64,000 bases of DNA. Origin: an uncultured virus (IMG/VR IMGVR_UViG_3300029319_000009) (taxonomy: Duplodnaviria > Heunggongvirae > Uroviricota > Caudoviricetes). Below the pieces are notes generated by a model. It did not search any database. It had not been told where the DNA came from and saw only the letters and a program-made list of their open reading frames with translations. The stretch lies in the IMG/VR virus record IMGVR_UViG_3300029319_000009. One strand, written 5' to 3'. Shown one piece after another: positions 1 to 8,030 of the stretch (positions are counted from its first letter, which is position 1; each line of letters begins with the position of its first letter). The position numbers and the translations under genes are program-made.

Positions 1-274
1 AATTCTCTAATTTTACTTCTAAATCGGCTGCTACTCGCAATAAATGGTGAAATTCTTTTAAAATAACGGGATCAGTAATGTTATCTGTTGTACTGTCCAC
101 TGAATCTAGTATGTCTTCAATAAAAATTAGTGTTTCACTAAGAACTATGACAAATTCTGAGAGGTCTTCTATGGATTCGTTACCATAGCCGCCCAGATCT
201 CGCATAATTTCTATGATTCTTTCGTAAAATGACTTTGTAATTGAGTAAATTCTTACAAATGTATAAATGTCCAC
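1..274 (-). CDS. Hypothetical protein, partial (runs off the left end)
   Basis: Hand translation from GTG at 274 gives VDIYTFVRIYSITKSFYERIIEIMRDLGG...LEVKLEN with no stop before position 1. It lies directly downstream of a sigma70-like promoter. Confidence 0.7.
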   Translation of the reverse strand, partial: MDIYTFVRIYSITKSFYERIIEIMRDLGGYGNESIEDLSEFVIVLSETLIFIEDILDSVDSTTDNITDPVILKEFHHLLRVAADLEVKLEN

Positions 275-280
275 AGAGTT

Positions 281-309
281 ATTGTATCATTTATTGGAAA
301 CTTTTTCAA
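281..309 (-). promoter_or_regulatory. Putative sigma70-type promoter (extended -10), leaderless
   Basis: Minus strand TTGAAA (309-304), N17, TACAAT (286-281), with TG one base upstream of the -10. The GTG start is 7 nt downstream. Confidence 0.55.
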
Positions 310-484
310 ATTTTTTGAAGAAATCTTTTTTAAAGTCTTCATAGGTCTTCACTTCGTATGCTTTTTCAAACTTGCTTTCAAAAACTTCTTTTTTGCTTTT
401 TTTGTTGATTTGTTTGTTGAGTTTTGGTAAGCTAGCAGGAGCAGCTACGAACATAAAGCCCAAAATAATTAATGTTTTATACAA
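287..484 (-). CDS. Small hypothetical protein with hydrophobic N-terminus
   Basis: 65 aa ORF with a TTG start preceded by GGAGGGGAAGG (SD-like). N-terminal LIILGFMFVAA is followed by a Lys/Glu-rich tail. Confidence 0.6.
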   Translation of the reverse strand: MYKTLIILGFMFVAAPASLPKLNKQINKKSKKEVFESKFEKAYEVKTYEDFKKDFFKKFEKVSNK

Positions 485-500
485 ACCTTCCCCTCCGCAG

Positions 501-508
501 TATTTATA
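501..508 (+). promoter_or_regulatory. Putative phage late promoter motif TATTTA
   Basis: TATTTATA begins exactly 10 nt before ATG 511. The same spacing recurs at 1840, 6502 and 11705. Confidence 0.55.
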
Positions 509-510
509 TT

Positions 511-1212
511 ATGAGATTAATTCTTTTGATTAGCACATTGCTGATTTTAAATAGTTGTTCGGGTGGAATGAGTCACAAAAAATCTGTATTTTTTAAAGGT
601 TCATTCTTAAAAGTTGAAAAAGTATTAAGAATCACAGGCTGTAATCCAAAAAACCCTAAACAGTGTATCACAAAACAGTATGCTTCTTCAGCATCTTCTT
701 TTATTGTAGCCCATAAGGGCAACTATTCTTATTTAATAACATCGGGACATGTTTGCGACGTCGATTTTGGACGATTGTCTGATCTTCCAGGTTTTAAATT
801 TGAATTAGAGTTCTATGGTCTAACCGTGAAGATGAAAAAGCACGATTTTCAAATTGTAGCGATAGATGGACCTAGTGATCTGTGTTTGTTGAGGACTAAA
901 AAACTAGATTTACCTCCCTATAAGATAGCAAAGAAGCCACCAGAGGTTGGTGAGATGGTTTACAACATCGCTGCCCCTATGGGAATCTTTGAAGAGGACA
1001 TGGTTCCACTTTTTAATGGAATTTACAGTGGAGATGCTTACGAAAGGTCTATTTTCAGCATTCCAGCCATCGGTGGGTCATCTGGATCGCCAGTTCTTAA
1101 CAGAAAAGGTGAAGTGGTTGGTGTTATTAGTGCTACAACAATTAATTTTAAACATTTAACAATCTGCTCTCCATTGAAAGCGATTAAGGAGATAATTAAA
1201 AATGGACTATAA
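511..1212 (+). CDS. Trypsin-like (S1) serine protease, putative lipoprotein
   Basis: Triad motifs TSGHVC, SDLCLL and GGSSGSP. The likely start is ATG 511, giving MRLILLISTLLILNSC (signal peptide plus lipobox-like LNSC). No PDZ domain. Confidence 0.85.
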   Translation: MRLILLISTLLILNSCSGGMSHKKSVFFKGSFLKVEKVLRITGCNPKNPKQCITKQYASSASSFIVAHKGNYSYLITSGHVCDVDFGRLSDLPGFKFELEFYGLTVKMKKHDFQIVAIDGPSDLCLLRTKKLDLPPYKIAKKPPEVGEMVYNIAAPMGIFEEDMVPLFNGIYSGDAYERSIFSIPAIGGSSGSPVLNRKGEVVGVISATTINFKHLTICSPLKAIKEIIKNGL

Positions 1213-1411
1213 GGAAATGAAGGAGAAAATACAAAATTTAGAAACAGAAATCCAAAGATTAGAGGATGAAAATGCCTCTTTATGGTTTTTATTAGATGAA
1301 TTTGAAAAATCTAACATTTCTAATCCAGAATACCGTGAAATGTTTACTAAGGTTTATGATAAACTTAGATACCAAACATTAATGACTGTAACATCTGATG
1401 GAGAAGCCTAG
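1202..1411 (+). CDS. Hypothetical coiled-coil protein
   Basis: 69 aa with a heptad pattern (KIQNLETEIQRLEDEN). AAGGAG lies upstream, and the gene overlaps both neighbours. Confidence 0.7.
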   Translation: MDYKEMKEKIQNLETEIQRLEDENASLWFLLDEFEKSNISNPEYREMFTKVYDKLRYQTLMTVTSDGEA

Positions 1412-1836
1412 TGTTGATAGTGGAAATTAAATCTGAGAGGGCAAGACAGTTCTCTTCTATCGTAATTTACTTTGATAATGGAAAAGTTTTACTTTTAAAG
1501 AGAAAAGACAGTGTGCCTTATGGTGGATTGTGGGGATTCCCAGGTGGAGGAGCAGAAAAAGGCGAAACGCCTGAAGAGGCAGCTATTAGAGAGACTGCTG
1601 AGGAAACTGGAATCAAAGTTCTACCAGAAGATTTAGTTTTCTTACAGAAAGTCGACTCGCCAGACAAAAGAGAAGTACATGTCTTTGCCTGTAACAAATT
1701 TGAAGGCAAGGTTGATGCCCAGAAGGTCTACAAAGAGCACAATGGCTACGAATGGGTAGCTATGGATGAACTATCAGATTATGATAAGCCAGATAATTCA
1801 GATAGTTTAATCAAAAAGGCTCTTTCAATGCTTTAG
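1411..1836 (+). CDS. NUDIX hydrolase
   Basis: Canonical Nudix box GGAEKGETPEEAAIRETAEETGI, preceded by WGFPG. Confidence 0.92.
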   Translation: MLIVEIKSERARQFSSIVIYFDNGKVLLLKRKDSVPYGGLWGFPGGGAEKGETPEEAAIRETAEETGIKVLPEDLVFLQKVDSPDKREVHVFACNKFEGKVDAQKVYKEHNGYEWVAMDELSDYDKPDNSDSLIKKALSML

Positions 1837-1838
1837 AG

Positions 1839-1846
1839 CTATTTAC
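1839..1846 (+). promoter_or_regulatory. Putative phage late promoter motif CTATTTAC
   Basis: Intergenic. TATTTA at 1840, ATG at 1850, no SD. Confidence 0.6.
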
Positions 1847-1849
1847 TTT

Positions 1850-2218
1850 ATGGACAAAATCTTAGAACTTTGGGCTAAATTTTTAAAAGAAGCTAAAGAT
1901 CCAAAAGTAGGAACAGGTAAAAAGCCAAAAGGCTCAGGTCGCCGTCTTTACACAGATGAAGATCCAACCGACACAGTTTCAGTAAAATTTCGTACAGCAG
2001 CGGACATTAGAAGAACTTTATCTAAAAAAAGTTTTAAATCTAAGTCGCACAAGAGACAATCACAGATAATTAATTTAATACACCAAAGGGTCAGAGCAGC
2101 ATACAACAATGCTAAAGACCCAGACACTAAAAAGAGACTCAAGACGGCTTTTGAGTATGCTAAAAAGCGAAAGGAAGCTTCAAAGAAAAAAACCGAAAGG
2201 TTGAGGAAGAAGAAATGA
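1850..2218 (+). CDS. Highly basic hypothetical protein, putative head internal/DNA-binding protein
   Basis: 122 aa, very Lys/Arg-rich. N-terminal MDKILELWAKFLKE ends in L-x-E. Confidence 0.7.
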   Translation: MDKILELWAKFLKEAKDPKVGTGKKPKGSGRRLYTDEDPTDTVSVKFRTAADIRRTLSKKSFKSKSHKRQSQIINLIHQRVRAAYNNAKDPDTKKRLKTAFEYAKKRKEASKKKTERLRKKK

Positions 2219-2610
2219 AAATCACCAAAGATAAGTTAAAGGAGATAATCCTTCAAGAGTTACACATGATGATGCCTCCAACCCAGCCACGTCAAATGAA
2301 GCAAGTTAACATGCAAACCATGATGCCTGAGCCAGTAGGAGGCGACCAAGCCCCAGTTAGAACTCTAGATCATGACGATGAAGAGGGAAGAATGGCTAAG
2401 GCTCAGCTTTACAGAGCCATCAAACACGCTCAAGCTATTATGGACAATATTGGCGACAATGATGAGCTAGAAGCTTGGGTTCAATCCAAGATCACAAAAG
2501 CCGCTGATTACCTCGGTTCTGCTAGAAACTATTTAGAGTATGAGTACAAAACAGGCGGTCAAGAGAAGGACATTGCTGTTATTCGTGTGATGGAAAATGA
2601 AGATAACTGA
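2215..2610 (+). CDS. Hypothetical protein, putative head internal protein
   Basis: N-terminal MKITKDKLKEIILQE, then a helical core (EGRMAKAQL...LEAWVQSKITKAADYL). ATGA overlap with the previous gene. Confidence 0.7.
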   Translation: MKITKDKLKEIILQELHMMMPPTQPRQMKQVNMQTMMPEPVGGDQAPVRTLDHDDEEGRMAKAQLYRAIKHAQAIMDNIGDNDELEAWVQSKITKAADYLGSARNYLEYEYKTGGQEKDIAVIRVMENEDN

Positions 2611-2848
2611 ATTAAAAGTAAAAGAGATTATCCGCGAGGAACTACTAAATGAATTCACCACAACGGGAATTGATGTTCCTCGCATTGTCTCTTTACGAAG
2701 ACCAACAAAGAAAAGGTCAAAAGCAAAAGATCCAATGAAAAGACTTGAAAAAGATCTGCACACCACTCAGGACTCCGTTGATAGATTGGAAGAGTTTGTT
2801 CGTGAGATTTACAATATGCTAATTAAGATAGTAAGGAAGAACAGGTAA
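2597..2848 (+). CDS. Hypothetical protein, putative head internal protein
   Basis: N-terminal MKITELKVKEIIREELLNE closely parallels the previous gene. C-terminal coiled coil. Confidence 0.7.
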   Translation: MKITELKVKEIIREELLNEFTTTGIDVPRIVSLRRPTKKRSKAKDPMKRLEKDLHTTQDSVDRLEEFVREIYNMLIKIVRKNR

Positions 2849-4479
2849 TGTGGGATAAAAAAGGTGAAAATCTAGCATTTAAATGGTTCAGAATGCTATC
2901 AGAGCAGAACCAAGATAAGCTAGCCATCATTGTTGGCGATAGCCAGACTGCTTACAGCGGTAGAGCCTTAGAAAACATTCTAAAAGGAGATGGCTACGAA
3001 GTTATCAGAAACTTTAAAACTGGTGAGAACACAAATAAAACAATCCAAAGGCTTTCAAAGATTAGTCCAGATAGACCGGTTAGTTTAGTCGCTGTTTTTA
3101 CAGGTGGCAATAACCCAAACGCAGCTTTTTCTGAAACTGCAACAGCAAATTTAATTGAATTAATAAGAAGAAAGTTCGGTGAAGGTGTGGAAATTGTAAT
3201 CGGTGCTGCCCCTCCAGCGAGAACTGGTAACCCAGCCATAGTGAAAAGGGTCTTTGGTAGAGATTCCCACTCTGAATCTCTCAAAGCTAGAAGAAGAGAA
3301 ATGGCTGATGCTATTATAACAACTGCAAATAGCATGGGCGTAAAAGCTGTCAACCCACACACTGCTGGATTTTTAGATGATGACATCAACACTGGTGATG
3401 GAATTCATTTGAAGGGCTCTGACGCTCAAAACTTTGCTGAAGCCATAGCCTCTCAAATAACTGGCAGGGCAAACACTCAAGCTCCTATTTCTGCCGTCAT
3501 TAAAGATTTTTCAGGTAAAAGACTTGCTACAAGCAAATTAAGAGGACTAGATTTAGTTCAGTTGGCTCGCTATGCTAAGTCCAGAGCATCTGCTTGCCAG
3601 GGTATGGGTTACTTTACCATCGGTTCCAAGGGCGACGAAGTAAAACAAATTCAAGACAAATTGGCTGACCTTGGTTTAAATCCACCCACTAAAGACGAAG
3701 AAGCTTATGGAACATTTGATTTAAGAACCCTTTACAATATTATAGCCTTCCAAAAAATGTCTAAAATCAGAACTGATGGTTGTGTTGGACCAGAAACAAT
3801 GGGTGCTTTGGGATTGAAAGACAAAAAAGAGAAGAAGACTAAAGTAAGACCTTTAATGCCGAGAGAAATTAGTGGAATCTCCAGAAGACACGGTAGAGTT
3901 CCAGAGGGGATGCTACCTGAGATTGTAACTGCAATTAAAAATGCTGCCGAAGAGCATAATGTTCCTGAAGATGTTCTAATGGGTGCTGTTCAAATAGAGT
4001 CAGGATTTAACCCTTATGCTCGTTCTTACACAGGAGCTAGGGGTCTTTTTCAATTTATTGGAAGCACTGGTAGAAGATACGGCTTGGAAACTGATGAAGA
4101 CTTTTATGACTACCGAAAGAATGCTGATGCAGGAGCAAGATTATTTAAAAAGAATTTAGAAGCAGCAGAGCGTGTAGCTGGTTCATTAACAGACGAAACA
4201 GAATTTTTATCTTACGTTGCTCACAACCAAGGTGCTGGTGGCATGAGACAGATTTATAGATCTGCAAAAAGTGGTGGTAGAGTCAAACCAAGCAAGACAG
4301 TTCAAAGAAACATGAGATTGCAAGGCTCTTCTGTAAAAAGAGCCATGGATAAAGATCCAAACAATCCAGCACAAGGATTTTTAGATTTTTTCAAAAACAA
4401 GTGGGGCAAGATGAAAGAAAAGGGAGCGAGAATTTCTGCTGCTGCCCAAACTCCAACCGATAGAGGTCTTGCAGAATGA
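2848..4479 (+). CDS. SGNH hydrolase + peptidoglycan-binding + SLT lytic transglycosylase fusion
   Basis: SGNH blocks VGDS, TGE, TGGNN and DGIHL. PG-binding repeat GSKGDEVKQIQDKL...FQKMSKIRTDGCVGPETM. SLT motifs IESGFNP, ARGLFQF and AHNQG. Confidence 0.88.
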   Translation: MWDKKGENLAFKWFRMLSEQNQDKLAIIVGDSQTAYSGRALENILKGDGYEVIRNFKTGENTNKTIQRLSKISPDRPVSLVAVFTGGNNPNAAFSETATANLIELIRRKFGEGVEIVIGAAPPARTGNPAIVKRVFGRDSHSESLKARRREMADAIITTANSMGVKAVNPHTAGFLDDDINTGDGIHLKGSDAQNFAEAIASQITGRANTQAPISAVIKDFSGKRLATSKLRGLDLVQLARYAKSRASACQGMGYFTIGSKGDEVKQIQDKLADLGLNPPTKDEEAYGTFDLRTLYNIIAFQKMSKIRTDGCVGPETMGALGLKDKKEKKTKVRPLMPREISGISRRHGRVPEGMLPEIVTAIKNAAEEHNVPEDVLMGAVQIESGFNPYARSYTGARGLFQFIGSTGRRYGLETDEDFYDYRKNADAGARLFKKNLEAAERVAGSLTDETEFLSYVAHNQGAGGMRQIYRSAKSGGRVKPSKTVQRNMRLQGSSVKRAMDKDPNNPAQGFLDFFKNKWGKMKEKGARISAAAQTPTDRGLAE

Positions 4480-5819
4480 TTGAAATTACTATCGGCAAAA
4501 CTTTAAACCCCGAGCTTTGGGACGGCATGAATCTAAACTCCGAAGTTCGTGAGAAGCTTTTAGAGATTGCAAAACATTTTGCAGAGTATCTTGATGTTGA
4601 CCAAGCTGCTATTAAAGATGTGACCTTCACAGGCAGCATGGCTAACTTCCACTACGGTCCAAAATCAGACATCGATCTTCACATTATCTTAGACTACAAG
4701 GGCATTGACGATAATGTTGACCTCGTTAAGAAGATGCTGCGAGCTAAGAAAGCCCTCTACAATGACCGTCACGACATTAAAGTCAAGGATAGGGAGGTAG
4801 AGTTATATCCGCAAGATGCGAGCGAACCACACTATTCTACGGCGGTTTATAGCGTTAAAAATGGTGAGTGGATTACTAAACCAACACCAGTTTACGTTGA
4901 CATTGATGACAACATGATTCGTAAAAAAGCTGAAAATCTGATTGATAAAGCCAAACTCATAATAAATACAGAAGATCCGCAGGATAAAGTCGACAGACTT
5001 GAAAAGTTTAAAGATAAGATCATGGAGATGAGAAAAGCTGGCTTAGAAAAAGGTGGCGAGTTCTCAACTGAAAATTTAGTTTTCAAAGAATTGAGAAACA
5101 ACGGCTTTTTAGAAGCGCTTTTAAATGAAATTAACAATTCAATTGATCGATCATTATCTTTAGACGAAATGGAAAAGTATCAAAGACAATCAATTAAAAT
5201 TAATAAAATCAATGTTCCGATTCTGTTAGGGTTAAAGGGTGGAGGTAAAGCTTTTATGCCTCGTAAAAAGAATAAAAAGATGAAGCCCTACATTCATCAA
5301 CCAAAGCCAAACTACCTTTCAGCACCTCCTGGTGCTCCAGGTGGACTAGAGGAGGCTTCAACATCTGCAAATGTTGAAATTTATGGAACAAGATTCCCAG
5401 GGCCAAAGCCGTATAAAAAAATAGCTTACATGGGCTACGCTGGTTCGATAGATCCAAACACGGGCAACAGAGGTAGATTCTTAGTAGAAAAAGAAACTAT
5501 TTATGAGAAGGAAGACCGGCGTGGTGCTACACCAGCATATTGTAGAAGAACACCCTGTAGAAAAATGGGGTTTACACAAAAAGCAAGCTGTAAGTCACAA
5601 GGTATCAAAGACTGCTATCGCGGCAAAAAGAATGAGTCTGAAGAATTAGAAGAGAAAGTTTTAAAACGTGGTGATAAGTATGTATATGTTGACAAGAAAG
5701 GAAAAGTACGAGGCACACACACCAGCAGAAAATCCGCTGAAAAACAGGCAAAAGCTATTTTTATCAGCAGAAATGTTGGAGAAAACATTGAACGCTTAAC
5801 CAAAAAGGAAAAAAAATAA
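4476..5819 (+). CDS. DNA polymerase beta-superfamily nucleotidyltransferase with appended small basic modules
   Basis: TGSMANF...SDIDLH (GS + DxD) and VELY. The C-terminal ~220 aa are short basic segments separated by LDE/LEE/IYE linkers. Confidence 0.8.
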   Translation: MIEITIGKTLNPELWDGMNLNSEVREKLLEIAKHFAEYLDVDQAAIKDVTFTGSMANFHYGPKSDIDLHIILDYKGIDDNVDLVKKMLRAKKALYNDRHDIKVKDREVELYPQDASEPHYSTAVYSVKNGEWITKPTPVYVDIDDNMIRKKAENLIDKAKLIINTEDPQDKVDRLEKFKDKIMEMRKAGLEKGGEFSTENLVFKELRNNGFLEALLNEINNSIDRSLSLDEMEKYQRQSIKINKINVPILLGLKGGGKAFMPRKKNKKMKPYIHQPKPNYLSAPPGAPGGLEEASTSANVEIYGTRFPGPKPYKKIAYMGYAGSIDPNTGNRGRFLVEKETIYEKEDRRGATPAYCRRTPCRKMGFTQKASCKSQGIKDCYRGKKNESEELEEKVLKRGDKYVYVDKKGKVRGTHTSRKSAEKQAKAIFISRNVGENIERLTKKEKK

Positions 5820-6485
5820 ATGTCTATTATTGTAGAAATCAAATCAAACAACACTTGCTGTAGAGAATCACAGAGTATTTTAACTGAGCAACAGATGAAT
5901 CAGTTTATGGACTTTCTCAAGGGTGAGAAGGGTGGCACAGTTGGTGAGTCATTCAGAACTCAAATAGTTAAGTCACTGATTGATACTGTTTTAATAAAAA
6001 TATTTCCAGATCTCAAGGACTACCCAAAACTAAGGACGGTAATAGACAACACTTTAGCTGCAATTGATTTAAGCGACTTGTTGGCTTTGACTGGAATAGC
6101 AGGAAACAAGCCAAACGCTTGTAAAAGAATTGCAGAAATTTTAGTTCAGGGCATGGAAAATGCCGTTATAGACATTATCACAATCATGATTAGCGAAAAG
6201 ATTAGAGAATTGGCTCCAGATGAGAGCGACTCTTTTAGTCCAATCAATAGACTCTTAAGGGACGTAATCAACATTGTTACATCTGGTGGTGGTCTTGCTG
6301 CAAGGATTTCTGCTGGCGTCTTCACTGAGAATGTTAAAGGTTCTCTAACAGATCAAATTAGTGACTTTATTTGCGAATCAGATTTTGCTGACATTGCTAA
6401 GGAAGCCTTTGGGGACATTGGCGATTTGCTCGGCGCTGGCTTTGAAGGTCTTCAGGACACCATAAAAGGTTTTTTAAGTGAATAG
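5820..6485 (+). CDS. Hypothetical alpha-helical protein
   Basis: 221 aa ORF abutting the upstream gene. The N-terminal segment ends in ILTE. Confidence 0.7.
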   Translation: MSIIVEIKSNNTCCRESQSILTEQQMNQFMDFLKGEKGGTVGESFRTQIVKSLIDTVLIKIFPDLKDYPKLRTVIDNTLAAIDLSDLLALTGIAGNKPNACKRIAEILVQGMENAVIDIITIMISEKIRELAPDESDSFSPINRLLRDVINIVTSGGGLAARISAGVFTENVKGSLTDQISDFICESDFADIAKEAFGDIGDLLGAGFEGLQDTIKGFLSE

Positions 6486-6500
6486 TTAAGTTAATAGAAA

Positions 6501-6508
6501 CTATTTAC
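6501..6508 (+). promoter_or_regulatory. Putative phage late promoter motif CTATTTAC
   Basis: Intergenic. TATTTA at 6502, ATG at 6512, no SD. Confidence 0.6.
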
Positions 6509-6511
6509 TAC

Positions 6512-8026
6512 ATGATTAAAGTCTTAGACAATTCAAAAGATGGAATTTACAATTCCAACATGGAGCTTGTTGACAGCTTCACTGACTATTCATCTAAAAA
6601 TTTAGACTTTGATAAGCCTGTAACAATTGAGTTTATGGATGACGAAGAGAACGCTAAAAATCCACTCGGTACCACCGCTCATTACAATCCTGATGAGATG
6701 AAAATTACCATCTACGTTACAGGTCGTCACATAAAAGACATTCTAAGATCAATTTCACATGAACTAATTCATCACGTTCAAAACTGCCGTGGTGATTTGA
6801 GTGGAATGCAAGACACAAGTTTGGGCTATGCCCAAAGAGACAAACACATGAGGGACATGGAAACTGAAGCTTTCAATTCAGGAAACATCATGAACTTTAG
6901 AGATTTTGAGGATAATTACAAACAGAGGAATCGCAAAATGAGCAAACTACAAGAGAGCAGACTAAGAAGACTAAATGGTCTTTTAATGGGTCAGGACGTT
7001 TTATTGACAGAAGTAAGTCAAAGTGAAGTTAAAGCCGTGGCAGATCGCACCAAGGATTTGAACAAATTGAGATCTGCACCAGCCCAAACAGGAATGGCAG
7101 ACACGCTTACCGGAGAAATTGCTAATTTATTAAGTAAAATTCCAGCAGGACAAGAATTTCAGGATGCTATGAGTGCGATTAATATTGCAGCAGGAACACC
7201 TTTGATGTCAGCAGTAGTGTTATCTGCGGCAAGTCAGAACCAAAAAACACAAATTAACACAATTGTTAACAATAGAATGAAGGCACCAGAAGCTCCAGCA
7301 AAAGCGCCAGTTGTTGCTCCACTTGCCAAAAAAGATGCCGCTAAGCCATCAGCAAAAGCTACCCCAAGAGGTCGTGTTAAATACAGAAAATGCACTAAAA
7401 ACTTTAAAAAAGGTTGTGCTGGTGATAACGTTAAAACTATTCAAGGTCTCCTTTACCTCAACCTAAAAGATACTTTTCTTAAGGGTGTTAAAAGAGAAGA
7501 TTTCGTTGATGGTCAATTTTGGACAGCTACAGATAAAGCAGTTAAAGCTTTCCAGAAAGCTAATAAGCTTGGAGTAGATGGCGTTGTAGGTAAAAACACA
7601 TTAGCGAAATTAGCTGATAAGCAAGTTGCTAGAATGAAAAGCAAGAGAGCCAAAGCTGCTCCAAAAGGCGCAGCAGTTCCACCACCAGCAGTGCCAGGAG
7701 TCGCCCCAGAAGAGATTCCTGTGGACGTTGAGCTTTCACCACGTCAAGCTGTCCAAACAGCAATGAAAATGATGAGAGTAATGCCACGTAGACCATGGTC
7801 AAACGAGTCTTCTGAATTGGCAGGCAGAACAGTTCTACACTACATAAGAAAGGGCGATAGACCAGCCAAAGCTTACGAAAAAGCCTTAAAAATCTTTGGT
7901 TTGCAAGGTAGACTAACTAAATTAGGACCAGTTAGTCGTGGTGTCTGGATGAGATCATTCCTAGACAAGCTTGGAATCATGAGCGTAGATGATCTACCAA
8001 CGCTACCAAGACTACCAACCGAGTAA
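6512..8026 (+). CDS. HExxH metallopeptidase-like domain + peptidoglycan-binding domain protein
   Basis: SHELIHHVQ...ETEAF zincin-like motif. PG-binding repeat KGCAGDNVKTIQ...DGQFWTATDKAVKAFQKANKLGVDGVVGKNTL. Ala/Pro-rich linkers. Confidence 0.75.
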   Translation: MIKVLDNSKDGIYNSNMELVDSFTDYSSKNLDFDKPVTIEFMDDEENAKNPLGTTAHYNPDEMKITIYVTGRHIKDILRSISHELIHHVQNCRGDLSGMQDTSLGYAQRDKHMRDMETEAFNSGNIMNFRDFEDNYKQRNRKMSKLQESRLRRLNGLLMGQDVLLTEVSQSEVKAVADRTKDLNKLRSAPAQTGMADTLTGEIANLLSKIPAGQEFQDAMSAINIAAGTPLMSAVVLSAASQNQKTQINTIVNNRMKAPEAPAKAPVVAPLAKKDAAKPSAKATPRGRVKYRKCTKNFKKGCAGDNVKTIQGLLYLNLKDTFLKGVKREDFVDGQFWTATDKAVKAFQKANKLGVDGVVGKNTLAKLADKQVARMKSKRAKAAPKGAAVPPPAVPGVAPEEIPVDVELSPRQAVQTAMKMMRVMPRRPWSNESSELAGRTVLHYIRKGDRPAKAYEKALKIFGLQGRLTKLGPVSRGVWMRSFLDKLGIMSVDDLPTLPRLPTE

Positions 8027-8030
8027 TAGA

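Noticed and set aside
501..508. T4-type late promoter TATAAATA on the minus strand (reverse complement of TATTTATA here and at 11705)
   Set aside because: No minus-strand gene follows 11705, the 1840 and 6502 copies do not match TATAAATA, and the fixed 10 nt spacing is to + strand ATGs. A bidirectional role at 501 remains possible.
2529..2590. A fifth CTATTTA with an ATG 10 nt downstream (2540)
   Set aside because: It lies inside a coding region (NYLEYE), and the ATG opens only a 16-codon frame. It may be coincidence, so it was not counted.
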